In this document: piece after piece, positions 53,423 to 63,305 of the stretch | Layout: every line of letters begins with the position of its first letter | Numbering within the stretch: the stretch's first letter is position 1 | NCBI GenBank assembly: GCA_963845535.1 | Contig: CAWJSK010000014.1 | Span: 117,834 to 181,833 of the forward strand | Source: an uncultured Spirochaetota bacterium | GTDB lineage: Bacteria; Spirochaetota; Spirochaetia; SZUA-6; Fen-1364 | DNA length: 64,000 nt | Direction of reading: 5' to 3' | Notes under the pieces: model-generated | Databases searched by the model: none | Seen by the model: the letters and a program-made list of their open reading frames with translations, nothing else | What the model was told of the DNA's origin: nothing | Position numbers and translations under genes: made by a program

Positions 53423-53649
53423 ACAACGAAGAAACCATGTCCACCTCCACTAACATCAACCTGATTGACTACAACACCGCGGCGGCTCTGTTGCATATCA
53501 GGCCTCAAAGTCTGAGAAGGTTGGTGTCGCAGCGACGCGTGCCGCACCTTCATGTCGGAAGACTTGTCCGATTCGATGTCCAGGACCTGCAGGAGTTCCT
53601 GAACTCGCAGAAGGTTCCGGTTGGAAAGCCGAGAAACCAGCGTCCATGA
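53419..53649 (+). CDS. Excisionase-like HTH protein
   Basis: AAALLHIRPQSLRRLVSQRRVPHLHVGRLVRFD. Confidence 0.85.
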   Translation: MNNEETMSTSTNINLIDYNTAAALLHIRPQSLRRLVSQRRVPHLHVGRLVRFDVQDLQEFLNSQKVPVGKPRNQRP

Positions 53650-55688
53650 GCCGGGATACTTTCAGCTTGGCGCGGCATGTGGTCACGGCCTCACTGATAG
53701 AACGCATGTTCGGATGTAAGAGCTCGCGATGGGAGGGCAACGAATACAAAACGCTGTCGCCGCTTCGCGCTGACTCGCACACCGGATCATTCACAATCAG
53801 TAAAGACGGACGCTGGTATGACTTTGCCACAGGTGAGGGCGGAGATTTCATCGACCTCGTTGGGCTTGCTAAGAACTGTCCACCACTAGAGGCTGCCAGG
53901 CACATTGTCCGTGAGGCAGGATGCTGTGAGCCTTTGGAAGCTCCGGAGGTCCACCAAGACCGAGCGAAGTACCGGGGAGTGCTTCCGATTCCGGCTTCGG
54001 CAAGCGATTGTTTTGAGACAGCGTTCGACAGCGACCTGACGCGACGGCGCTACGGCAGCCTTGTCGGAACGTGGCCCTATCGTCAGGCGGACGGCCAAAT
54101 GCTCTTCCACGTTTGCAGGTACGAAGCCGAGAACGCCAAGAAGAGCGTTATCCCGTGGTACTTCGGAGAGGACGACTCGTGGCATCCGGGTCAGCCCCTG
54201 GCGACGGGGCGACCGCTATTTCGATTGCCCGAGCTACTGAATAGCCACTCCGCTGTTTTGATTGTCGAAGGTGAAAAGTGTGCCACAGTCCGTATTCCTG
54301 AGGACTTCCCGTTTTTCATCACAACTTGGAGTGGCGGTGCCCTGGCAGTTGCAAAGACTGACTGGACTCCGCTCCTCAATCGGGAAGTAGTGGTCTGGCC
54401 AGACGCCGATGAGCCTGGCCGTGTAGCTGCTCTTGCCATAAGTGCCCAACTGCCCCATGCAAAGGTACTTCGAATCGAAGACAGGCCACCGGGTTGGGAT
54501 ATTGCGGACGCTATGTCTGAATCCATTGATCTGGAACGATTTATCAGGAATTGTCCAACCGAGAGAATCGTTCAGGTCGAACCCGGGTGCGGTTCACCAA
54601 GACTCAGCATACAACGCGCCTCGGATATCGCTACGCGCCCGGTCGACTGGCTGTGGGAAAATAGACTACCCCTCGGTGAGTACTCGGTCCTGGTTGGCCA
54701 TCCCTCCTCTGGTAAGTCAACCTTTGCGGCGGCCCTTGCGGCTCACGTAAGCGCGGGGATCCCATTCCCCGATGGCACAAAGCCGGCTGTTGGTGATGTG
54801 CTCTTTCTATCGGCGGAAGAGTCGGCAGCGAAAACGCTTGTTCCGCGGCTACGTGTCGCCGGTGCGGCACTCAACAGGGTTTCAATCGCCGACATCCGAC
54901 TCAAACGCACAGATCGTGCTGAGCTTTTCACTTTGGCTGATGGCACATCCCCAATTGAGGCAGCCCTGGACGAAATGAATTGCCCGCGCCTAATCATCAT
55001 CGATTCGCTGACTAGCTGTACCGCTGGGATCGACACCTTCCGAACGGACGCATTCGGACCGGTCCTGGCGGATCTCGCCCAACTTAGCGAAAGAAGAAAT
55101 GTGACGACTCTTTGCCTCGCCCATTTCACAAAGTCAGTCACCAACGGCGCCATGCTCCGCGTGCTGGGCAGCGTTGCCGTAGTGGCGCTGGCGCGGGCGG
55201 TCTACATGCTAGCAAGGCATCCGGATGACGCTAAACGATCTCTATTCGTACCAGTTAAGAACTCGTATGCCCCCCTTGGGGAGGCTATTGAGTTCTCTCT
55301 TGTCTCAACCGAATCGGGCAAACTTCCCCAAATCCGCTGGGGTGAGCAGGTGGAGGGGGTCGAAGCAGATTCGCTGATTGCCCTAGACGATGTTGACCGA
55401 AGACGAGAGCGATCCGATGCCATGGAACTCCTTACCGAGGTCCTGGGCAGCTCTGAGGAGGTACTGGCGCATGAAATCTATACCCTAGGCGCCGAGCGTG
55501 GACTGTCAAAGACAACGGTCTGGCGAGCCGCCAGGGACCGCAAAGTCGAAATAGAGGGCAAGGGACGGGCCGCGAAGTGGCGGCTTCCTATCGTTTCAGA
55601 ATCGTTTCACGCGCGTACATACACGAAAGAAACGATTCCAAGCACAGGAGAAACGGAAAAGCGGGAAGTTGAGAGCCGCGAGAGGTGA
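53646..55688 (+). CDS. Primase-helicase fusion (TOPRIM + AAA_25/RepA-like)
   Basis: Cys-less CHC2-like N-terminus (SPLRAD...WYDFATGEGGD), IVEGEK, WPDAD, Walker A GHPSSGKST, IIIDS, LAHFTK. Confidence 0.85.
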   Translation: MSRDTFSLARHVVTASLIERMFGCKSSRWEGNEYKTLSPLRADSHTGSFTISKDGRWYDFATGEGGDFIDLVGLAKNCPPLEAARHIVREAGCCEPLEAPEVHQDRAKYRGVLPIPASASDCFETAFDSDLTRRRYGSLVGTWPYRQADGQMLFHVCRYEAENAKKSVIPWYFGEDDSWHPGQPLATGRPLFRLPELLNSHSAVLIVEGEKCATVRIPEDFPFFITTWSGGALAVAKTDWTPLLNREVVVWPDADEPGRVAALAISAQLPHAKVLRIEDRPPGWDIADAMSESIDLERFIRNCPTERIVQVEPGCGSPRLSIQRASDIATRPVDWLWENRLPLGEYSVLVGHPSSGKSTFAAALAAHVSAGIPFPDGTKPAVGDVLFLSAEESAAKTLVPRLRVAGAALNRVSIADIRLKRTDRAELFTLADGTSPIEAALDEMNCPRLIIIDSLTSCTAGIDTFRTDAFGPVLADLAQLSERRNVTTLCLAHFTKSVTNGAMLRVLGSVAVVALARAVYMLARHPDDAKRSLFVPVKNSYAPLGEAIEFSLVSTESGKLPQIRWGEQVEGVEADSLIALDDVDRRRERSDAMELLTEVLGSSEEVLAHEIYTLGAERGLSKTTVWRAARDRKVEIEGKGRAAKWRLPIVSESFHARTYTKETIPSTGETEKREVESRER

Positions 55689-55730
55689 AGAGTGATCTCT
55701 TTCCCCAAATTGCAGAATTGGAGGTGCAAC

Positions 55731-56486
55731 ATGGTAGTCTCGTTCTCAAGCATCAAGGGTGGTACCGGCAAGACCAGCATCTGCATTCATGTCGCGAACT
55801 ACTGCGCGGCGGCCGGCTACCGAGTGCTTGTCGTGGATTTCGACATTCAAAACTCGCTCTCGTTCTACTACCTTGACGAGCTTTCGGTTACGAATCGAAA
55901 GAACTTGGCGCTTGCCTTGAACTCGAAGGATCTGACCAGCAACATTCTCCCTTCCAACTGCTCTGGGATCGATATTCTGGCCTCGTCATTTTCGCTGACG
56001 AACCTCAGGACCATCGGGGCGAACACCCTTAAGCGAATGATCGCCGAGACCAAGCCAGACTACGATTTTATCCTTATTGATTGCGCGCCCACCTATGACA
56101 ACCTGGTCCAGAACGCAATCTGCGCGTCAGATTTCATCCTGACGCCCGTGAGGCTTTCCCAGTTCGATTTCAAGGGAGCACTTTTCTACCGCGATCAGAT
56201 CTCCCAGGATACAGATCGTCTGCCGGCCTGGCGGATCGTTTTCAATTTCTACAGAGCCCCCAGAACGAGCAATTCCGAGTCCCTCCGTAACCAGTACGAG
56301 ACCCTCTTCCGCAACACTTTCGACAGTGTAATTCTTCCTGTCCAAATCCCTGAGACAACGCTGCTTCAACGCAGTATCGACACTAAGGAAAAGATGACTG
56401 ATGCCGTGAGCAAGATGACTTTGTTCAACGCTATCCATGATCTGGCCGGCCTCATCGGGGCAGATCGCGCAATTGGGAGGTACTAG
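55731..56486 (+). CDS. parA: ParA family ATPase (plasmid type)
   Basis: IKGGTGKTS deviant Walker A, DFDIQNS, IDCAP; GGAGG RBS. Confidence 0.9.
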   Translation: MVVSFSSIKGGTGKTSICIHVANYCAAAGYRVLVVDFDIQNSLSFYYLDELSVTNRKNLALALNSKDLTSNILPSNCSGIDILASSFSLTNLRTIGANTLKRMIAETKPDYDFILIDCAPTYDNLVQNAICASDFILTPVRLSQFDFKGALFYRDQISQDTDRLPAWRIVFNFYRAPRTSNSESLRNQYETLFRNTFDSVILPVQIPETTLLQRSIDTKEKMTDAVSKMTLFNAIHDLAGLIGADRAIGRY

Positions 56487-57400
56487 ATGTCACGAAAACT
56501 CGATCTATCTGCCCTTGCTGCAAAAGCTGAGTCCGGGAACAACTCATCAGTCAGGCGAATCGAAACTCTCAACATGAACATCGACGAGCTATTGCTGGAG
56601 GAACCGTTCAAGTCACTCTTTCCGATCCGTGATCAAGTAAGAAGCGCAATAAGGTCCCACATGCAGGAGCATGGCTACGATGAGTCCAAGCCTATAGACG
56701 TCTGGAAAAGGGCAACCCAGGACGGATTCGAGTACGTCCTTGTAGATGGTTTTACACGAGCACAGGCAGCCAAGGAAATTGGAAGGCTGACAGTGACGGC
56801 GTACCTTCATGACTTTGCAAATGCTGAGGAAGCGCGTGACTACGCCATACACACACAGAGAGACCGACGGAATCTGAGCGACGCGGAGATTATTTCCGTT
56901 CTCGGCGTAATCGACAAAAAGGTGACCGGCTTTAAGGGAACTCTCCATTTCCGCCACGTGGCGGAAATGGAGAGCGTCTTGCCAGTACCGCCCAACGCAC
57001 TGCCAGAGAAATCGGGACATCCACTCGCAAGGTTGAAAGAGCTCGCAAGGTCATCGCCGATCCGGAAATGGCTGCTGCGGTCAAGAGAGGGGAGCTTTCT
57101 ATCAACAAAGGATACAACACGATTCGAGCTAGGGAGAAAGACGCATCAGGCCTCAATGGTGGGGAACCGGGACCCGATATACAAGAACCATCTCCGGATC
57201 CGGGACTTTCTGTGAGCAAACCGATCGATTTCAACCGTCTTATAGATCGACTACGCGCCAAGCTCGGAGCTGGAGTCGACCTTGCCCTGGAGGGCACGCA
57301 CGAATCCGGAAGGGTTAGCATTTGCTTCGTTAGCCGCGATCAACTCGCGGCAGTAGTCGATAAGATCTGCGGTTCGGAGATCCCAACCAACACGGACTGA
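56487..57400 (+). CDS. parB: ParB-like protein (one frameshift at ~56940)
   Basis: VLVDGFTR, RRNLSDAE; in the -1 frame an HTH TAREIGTSTRKVER and a C-terminal GRVSICF dimerisation segment. Confidence 0.8.
56941..56974. repeat. Perfect 34-bp palindrome inside parB
   Basis: CTCTCCATTTCCGCCAC-GTGGCGGAAATGGAGAG. Confidence 0.95.
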
Positions 57401-57627
57401 GGCCGCTGACGACAGACAGTGGCCGAAATAGCCGACCCTTGACGCCGGTGTGCATTATCTTTAGTAGCCTATTACGAGGTGAAGTCCGAAGTGTGACCCT
57501 CGCCGACTGAATTGTTGTGGAGAGGGCTTCCGCGGCCTGGCTTTGGGGTGAGCCCGCCTTGGCCGGTGTCCCGCTTCGAATCCTTGGCGGAATGGGGCTC
57601 CGAGTGGCATGCCAGGACGCTCACGGC

Positions 57628-58338
57628 TCAGCGTTCGTGCCCGGCACGAAGCCATGACACGTAGTCGGCGATACCGCGTTCGATGCCGTAACGGGGGGAG
57701 AACTGGGTATCCTCGCGCAACCGACCGGTGTCCATTCCCACTGTGTGCCCGGAGCCCTCAGGGTCGAAGCCTTCCGCGAAATCGATGGAAGCGCCAGGAA
57801 CTGCGCGCCGAATTGCTTCTACCACCTCTCGGTTGGTGACCGCGCGGCCGAAGCCCACGTTGTAGACTTGGTGATTGAGATTCCTGGCCAACTGCACCAT
57901 TGCCGATGGCCAACCCACAATCCTTCACGTAGCAGAGGTCCATCCCGTCCTCTGCGAACACGCGCGCACCCGTCGAGACTGAGGCCGACCTTCCGTCCCC
58001 GCGTACGGCGGAGTGTACGAAACGCGGCAGAGGGAAGAATGGCGAGTCTGGCCTGCCGAGGGGTCCCCAGATCGCCGAAAGCCGCAAGCAAGCCACCTCC
58101 AGCCCCGCGTGCGAACCCACGTAGGAGCACAGAATCTCGTAGATCTTCTTGAACGCGGGAATGACGTGCGTAGCAGCCAAGGGGAGAAGCGCTTCCTCGC
58201 GCAACGTCTGGGCGAACGCGCCGCCGTATACGCCTATAGTGCTCGCCACGGTCACGCGGGCACCGCCCCACTCGCGGGCGGCGAACAGTGCATTCAGCAG
58301 CCCGTCCAGGGCCTCACGTGCGGCCTGGAAAGGGTCGA
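57628..58338 (-). pseudogene. NAD-dependent epimerase/dehydratase, 5'-truncated and frameshifted
   Basis: ASTIGVYGG, LRLSAIWGP, DLCYVKD, VYNVGFG; Rossmann N-terminus replaced by an IS fragment. Confidence 0.75.
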
Positions 58339-58760
58339 ATGATCGATGCTCATAGCGCCGGTCAGCCACTTGTAGGCCAGATTGTTGATCGTGTCTTCTT
58401 CCATCTTGCGTAGTGAGAACCGGCAGCTGTGAAGTGCCAACAGAGCGACTTTCAAAAGTGTTTTCGGATGAAAGGGGGGTCGTCCATTCTCGGAGTTCAC
58501 TTCATATGATTCTTCAATTGCGCGCGTGTCCAAAGAATCTACTAGCTCGTCGATGATATGCACCGCGCTCCCCTCAGGAGCGACTGTCGAGAGGTCAACC
58601 TCTGTGAGCAGAAGCATCTGAGCTCGATTCGGAACGAGGAATGCCGGCATGAAGTCCCTCCCATGCTTCACGAATGGCGGATTCGGACTCCTTATCGTAC
58701 AACATGCGGTCGGGCCAAACAATGATTTTTTCTGGAAGCGACTGGCTTTTTCGACAGCCT
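58333..58760 (-). mobile_element. Truncated IS1182-family element (DUF772 N-terminus, 58333-58650)
   Basis: GRPPFHPKTLLK, SLRKME, YKWLTG, IDHST; terminus GGCTGTCGAAAAAG at ~58746-58759. Confidence 0.78.
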
Positions 58761-58770
58761 GATTAGGTTT

Positions 58771-58845
58771 CTATGAGGAGCCGAGGGAACAACAGCCCTC
58801 ACCCGGCCGATACGATGGCACGCCTGAAGGAACGGCTTCTCATAG
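58771..58845. repeat. 75-bp gene-less module with inverted arms
   Basis: TTTCTATGAGGAGCC (58768-58782) vs GGCTTCTCATAGAAA (58834-58848), 14/15 inverted match. Confidence 0.7.
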
Positions 58846-58862
58846 AAATTGTTGTACGAAAT
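58835..58862. other. dif-like 11-6-11 recombination site (left end of YR/IS91 unit)
   Basis: GCTTCTCATAG-AAATTG-TTGTACGAAAT. Confidence 0.6.
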
Positions 58863-59108
58863 CGCTTCCCCTCGAAGTGCTATGGGTTTTCAATCCCAGT
58901 CAATCTTGAAAGAAAAACAGCCTCGTGAAGGCGAACGCGGAAAAAATCGGCACCGAAGGCTGAGGCAATCGACGACGTGAAAGGTTGTTGAGCGCAAGTA
59001 CCCTTGTAAGCAGGGATGGGTGGTCTTCGGACAATCCTCGAAAATGTGGCGCAGACTGTGAGGTATTGGTCGTTGAGCATGCACGGGGGGGGGGGCGAAG
59101 GCGGCTGC

Positions 59109-60320
59109 TCATGACGAATCCAGCCTTTTGGTTCTCTCGGGGTAAAAGCGTTCGGGTTCGATGATCATCACGGAAACCAGGTAACCGTGATGACAATTCG
59201 GACACAGAGTGGCAGTCTCGGTGGTCGCTGTTGGTTGTGCCGAAGATAGACCCTCGCGCTCCGACTGCTCTGTTTCGGAGGAGCCGCAGAGAAGGCTTCT
59301 GCAGACGGCGAGATTCTCGTTCTTATTCCTGTTACTCAACAAGCCGTAGGAGCGGATTCGCATAAAGTGCGTGGGAAGCACGTGCAACAAGAATCTTCGC
59401 ATGAACTCGGTCGTCGAGACGGACATGGTTTTCCAGGCATTCGCGTGCTTGTAGTCCTTCCAGCGGAATCGTACGATGCCGTCACGCACGTCGATGAGGC
59501 GATGATTCGAGATGGCCACACGGTGGGTATACCTTCCCAGATAGCGCAGAACTTGCTCGGGGCCGGCGAAGGGTTTCTTGGCGTACACGACCCAGTGCCT
59601 GGCATACGCTTGATTGAGAAGCTTCTGAAAGGCCTCCTCTGGCTCGAACTGGCTGGTTTGACCGGGGAACTTCAGGCGCTTGTTGAGGTAGGCACTCTTG
59701 AGAAAGTCGAGAAACTTACCGCGAAACAACGCGCTCAAAATTTTCACCGAGACGAAGAATCCCTTGCGACAGGAGATCCAGCGGGTGCCATCGGAGGACA
59801 GCCCACCGCCAGGCACGAGACAATGCAGATGCGGATGATCGAGCAGATTCTGGCCCCACGTGTGCAAGATGGCGAGAAAACCGACGCGTGCTCCCAGGTT
59901 CTTTGGGTTGATCGCTGATTGCAGCAGCGTTTCTTTTGCCGCTCTGAACAGGATCTCGTAGAGCACCGCTTTATTGACCAGGACAAGGCGGTTCAACACA
60001 TCAGGAATGGTGAAGACGACGTGGAAGTACTCGACGGGCAGAAGCTCACCCATGCGCTGGTCGAGCCACTTCGCCCGCGCTGCTGCCTGGCATTTGGGAC
60101 AGTGGCGATTGCGGCATGAATTGTAAACAGGAAGGGTTTGGCCACAGTTGTCGCAGGCGTACAGGTGTCCGCCCAGATGGGCCGTGCGACAGGAGATGAG
60201 GGCGTTGACGACCTTCCACTGGTCAGGGCCGATGCTGCCCAGTTCGTGGAGGTGATCACGGAATATGTCCGCCACTTCTGCGGACGGACGGTTCCCCTCG
60301 GAGAGGGAGCAGGAGGACAT
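59109..60320 (-). CDS. IS91 family (Y2 HUH) transposase
   Basis: Zn domain CRT..LGG..CDNC..SCRNRHCPKC, HVVFT, HUH HPHLH, YLGRY, FLLHVLP. Confidence 0.93.
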   Translation of the reverse strand: MSSCSLSEGNRPSAEVADIFRDHLHELGSIGPDQWKVVNALISCRTAHLGGHLYACDNCGQTLPVYNSCRNRHCPKCQAAARAKWLDQRMGELLPVEYFHVVFTIPDVLNRLVLVNKAVLYEILFRAAKETLLQSAINPKNLGARVGFLAILHTWGQNLLDHPHLHCLVPGGGLSSDGTRWISCRKGFFVSVKILSALFRGKFLDFLKSAYLNKRLKFPGQTSQFEPEEAFQKLLNQAYARHWVVYAKKPFAGPEQVLRYLGRYTHRVAISNHRLIDVRDGIVRFRWKDYKHANAWKTMSVSTTEFMRRFLLHVLPTHFMRIRSYGLLSNRNKNENLAVCRSLLCGSSETEQSEREGLSSAQPTATTETATLCPNCHHGYLVSVMIIEPERFYPERTKRLDSS

Positions 60321-60338
60321 GGGGAGGAAAAGTCCGAT

Positions 60339-61185
60339 TCAGCGGATGTCCAGCAGATCCAGAGGGTTTGGCACCTCACGCAGAGAGGTGCTGGCAACGT
60401 GAAGATACTGGACAGTGGAGCTCAGTCTTCCGTGGCCCATCAGGAGCTGTATCCTTCGCACATCCACTCCAGCCTCCAGCAGATGGGTTGCAAAAGAGTG
60501 ACGAAGCGTATGGGGGCTCACGGGTTTGTGGATCCCGGCCCGCTCTTTGGCCTTGCGGATCATCTTCCCCACGCCACATCGGGTGAGCGGATGGCCAGGG
60601 GAGTCTCCAGGGAAGAGCCATGTTCGTGGAGACGGCTCTGTGCTGCGCCAGTACTGCCGCAGCAGTTCCAAGAGTTTTGGCGAAAGGCCGATATAGCGAT
60701 CCTTTCGATTCTTTCCCTCCTGGACTCGCACAAGCATCCGTGAGCTATCGATGTCGTGGACTTTCAGATGAACTAACTCGCTCACCCTGAGGCCAGTCGA
60801 GTAGAGGGTGAGAACAATCGCCTTGTGCTTCAAGGAAGAAACGGCATGATACAACTGCACGACTTCCTCTCGGCTCAAGACGACCGGCAGCCGTTTGCTC
60901 GTGCGGTGATAGGGGATCAAATCGATGATTCCAGCTCCGTTGCAACGTAGTCCCGTAGAGGAACTTCAAAGCAGCAACGTGGACATTGAAGCTGCTCTCG
61001 GCGACCTTGCGCTCACGGATCAAATACAGCTGGTAGGCGCGGATGTCCTTCAGGCCAAGCCGCTCGGGGGAAATCATGAAGTGTCCCACGAACTGTTTGA
61101 CGCAGGTCAGATAGCACTGCTGCGTGTTCTCACTCAGGCCCCTGATGGCAAGGTCCTGTTTCATTCGCTCTTTGATGGCACCCAT
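60339..61185 (-). CDS. Tyrosine recombinase with SAM-like N-terminus (frameshift at ~60922)
   Basis: DLAIRGLSENTQQCY, LPVVLS, GLRVSE, GKNRKDR, HTLRHSFATHLLE, GH, TVQY; no IntI-specific insertion visible. Confidence 0.9.
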
Positions 61186-61330
61186 AGTGGTATCTCCTTG
61201 AAAAGATTGGATTTCAAGAAGAATTGTACCGTTCAAGGAAAAGCTTGGAAGAATCGCGGAAGAACTCAGAAATCAGGGGCACGACCCGATCACAAGGCAG
61301 GCGGCCATTTCAAAGGGCCATCGCGAAGCG

Positions 61331-61358
61331 ATTTCGTACAACTTGCTTTATGGAACCT
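61331..61358 (+). other. dif-like 11-6-11 recombination site (right end of YR/IS91 unit)
   Basis: ATTTCGTACAA-CTTGCT-TTATGGAACCT. Confidence 0.65.
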
Positions 61359-61459
61359 CAGGCCACAACCTTGGCGATAACGGCCCGGCCGGAGTTCGTG
61401 CCTTTAGAAAAACCTCCCGGAAAGGACTTAATAGTGCGCCCCCATGCCGTGTTATGCGC
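61347..61459 (+). repeat. Conserved non-coding leader, copy 1
   Basis: Blocks TTTATGGAACCTC, GAGTTC, GGAAAGGACTT, GTGTTATGCGC. Confidence 0.8.
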
Positions 61460-61666
61460 TCGCTGCCTAACAAGAGGGAGGAGGACGTTACAGAGAAGAC
61501 CTTATAACATGAATAGTCCCGTCTCATGCGGTGTTCCGTCTCGACATGCGGAAAAGCGCCAAACTTTCAGCCAACCACCCCCATATCGCGGCGCTCCCCG
61601 ATGAGAATTCGTCCTCGCGCTGTATGCGATTGTGAAAGCATCGCTGACCATGTTTCACCAAGACTA

Positions 61667-62266
61667 TCATCGCCTAGATTGGTCTTCGTGAATACCAATG
61701 AGAAGGAGCCATGCGCCAGAAATGTTGAATCCGAACAGCACAATGCTTGCGATAGCTGCGATGTAAAGCCCTGCGCGATATCCGAGAAAAAGGAGAACTG
61801 CGCTCATAACTTCAGCGAGGTAACATGCTGGACCGCCCGAAAGCCGCAGCCAATTCAATCCAACGGAACTCATGCGCGCTCTGATAGCCCTGACATAGCC
61901 TGGGATGAAGATGGCTGTTGCGATAAACCAGAGGACAAACCACTCAAGGCCAAGTGCTCCAAGATCCTGATTTCCGATGAGGGCAAGACTGCATGCCATG
62001 AAGACTGCAGTGAAACCCGTTAGCACGTTGATTGCCCGATTTCTATGCGTCAAGTTTTGGACAATGACACTGAGATTGATCGACACCGCGACAAATATCA
62101 AACCAGCCAGTGCCGCGGCGCCGCCGCCTACCATGAGAAAATAGTTGCTCCACTGATCCAACATGTACTCCTCCTTCGCCGCACATATTGCAGCCATCGA
62201 TCGATAGGATATCACCTTAGGTCCGCTCCATTTTAAGAGACTACTCAGGGCGGCGTCTGTGGTCAT
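61667..62266 (-). CDS. Hypothetical membrane protein
   Basis: WSNYFLMVGGGAAALAGLIFVAVSIN, about 5 TMs, AWLLL end; GGAG RBS. Confidence 0.7.
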   Translation of the reverse strand: MTTDAALSSLLKWSGPKVISYRSMAAICAAKEEYMLDQWSNYFLMVGGGAAALAGLIFVAVSINLSVIVQNLTHRNRAINVLTGFTAVFMACSLALIGNQDLGALGLEWFVLWFIATAIFIPGYVRAIRARMSSVGLNWLRLSGGPACYLAEVMSAVLLFLGYRAGLYIAAIASIVLFGFNISGAWLLLIGIHEDQSRR

Positions 62267-62505
62267 GAATCTCCTGGTCGCTTTTTTATCGCGGAAGGAT
62301 CCCCCGAAGATTTCCGCTTGTTTTGGCGCGAATTCGATCAGGCCCAGATGAAGCGGGAAGATATTGAAATGGATTTGGGAGGGCTGACACCGCCGTGAGC
62401 AGCCTCACGACGCGTTCGTAGTCGTCCCCACGGGGGCGCTCCCTTGATGCTTGATCATATTTTAAAATCGTGTCAATGCTGTCTAGGAGGGGAGGAGGTC
62501 TCAGA

Positions 62506-62940
62506 GTGAAGACCCTATCCAGGGATGCCATGGCGCTTTTGGTGACATTAGTCCTCAGCGTTCTGGTAATCATCCTCTTGACTCCTATCGGTTTCGAGAC
62601 TCGCCCGGAGTCGGCTTTGAAGATCTTCGGTTACATCGCGATTGGTACGATTTTTACTGGTCTGGCCCTGTTCTTGTTGTCTATCGCTTTTCTCTTCTGG
62701 AGGGTTCGGTTAGCTTCGAGCCTTGCGATTATCGCTTCGATACTGTTCTTCTTTCCCTTTATCGGCGACCGAGCCGGAGCCTTTTTTTCGGTGCCGATTC
62801 CTACGGCGATTAACATTCTCGAATACATCCTCGTAGTAGTGCAACTCGCCAATCTCATTTTCGCCTGGAGAGTCTACAGGAGGAGTACGGCGGCTTCAAA
62901 ACAGCCGATGGATTCCGGGACGCCAACGCCGCAAAAATGA
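62506..62940 (+). CDS. Hypothetical membrane protein
   Basis: GTG start after GGAGG, 4 TMs. Confidence 0.65.
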   Translation: MKTLSRDAMALLVTLVLSVLVIILLTPIGFETRPESALKIFGYIAIGTIFTGLALFLLSIAFLFWRVRLASSLAIIASILFFFPFIGDRAGAFFSVPIPTAINILEYILVVVQLANLIFAWRVYRRSTAASKQPMDSGTPTPQK

Positions 62941-63230
62941 GTACCTTCTTAAAATCGGTCAAACTCTGACTGATAAGAAATTACCTTTCTAAATCACTGC
63001 CGGCATGAGTTCAAACATTCGCAGTTGGTGATTGAACGTATAATCTCCTAACAGAAGCAATTTGCTAGCAACTACGAACCAAGACCAGAGGTCGGGGCCA
63101 CGGTGACAGTGCTGGGCAACACCGGGGGCTTGGCGAAAACGGGATTAAGGACTTTCGACCAGGCCCAGGCAGCGCGCATTAAGGCGGTTGCCATCACTAT
63201 CACGGAGCAACACGCGGCGGGCTCCCAGGC

Positions 63231-63305
63231 TTGAACTTTATTTCGAAGCCCTTTTCCCACCAGGCTCTTCTGAGCAAAGTTCGCGAGGTCCTCGATGGAC
63301 CAGAA
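63231..63305 (+). pseudogene. Remnant of a receiver-domain C-terminus
   Basis: LNFISKPFSHQALLSKVREVLD. Confidence 0.5.

Larger units (their letters stand above)
58851..61342 (-). mobile_element. Tyrosine recombinase + IS91-like transposase element
   Basis: Perfect 18-bp terminal inverted repeat GTTGTACGAAATCGCTTC (58851-58868, 61325-61342) enclosing the two genes; no target duplication. Confidence 0.85.

Noticed and set aside
57447..57474. GGTGTGCATTA resembling an XerC arm
   Set aside because: No partner arm at 6-bp spacing.
60339..61185. Tyrosine recombinase as a true integron integrase (IntI)
   Set aside because: It is too short and lacks the IntI-specific insertion before the HxxR motif; it is coupled to the IS91-like transposase.
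63033..63060. TGAACGTATAA half-site
   Set aside because: No TTATG-type arm follows, so it is not counted as a dif-like site.
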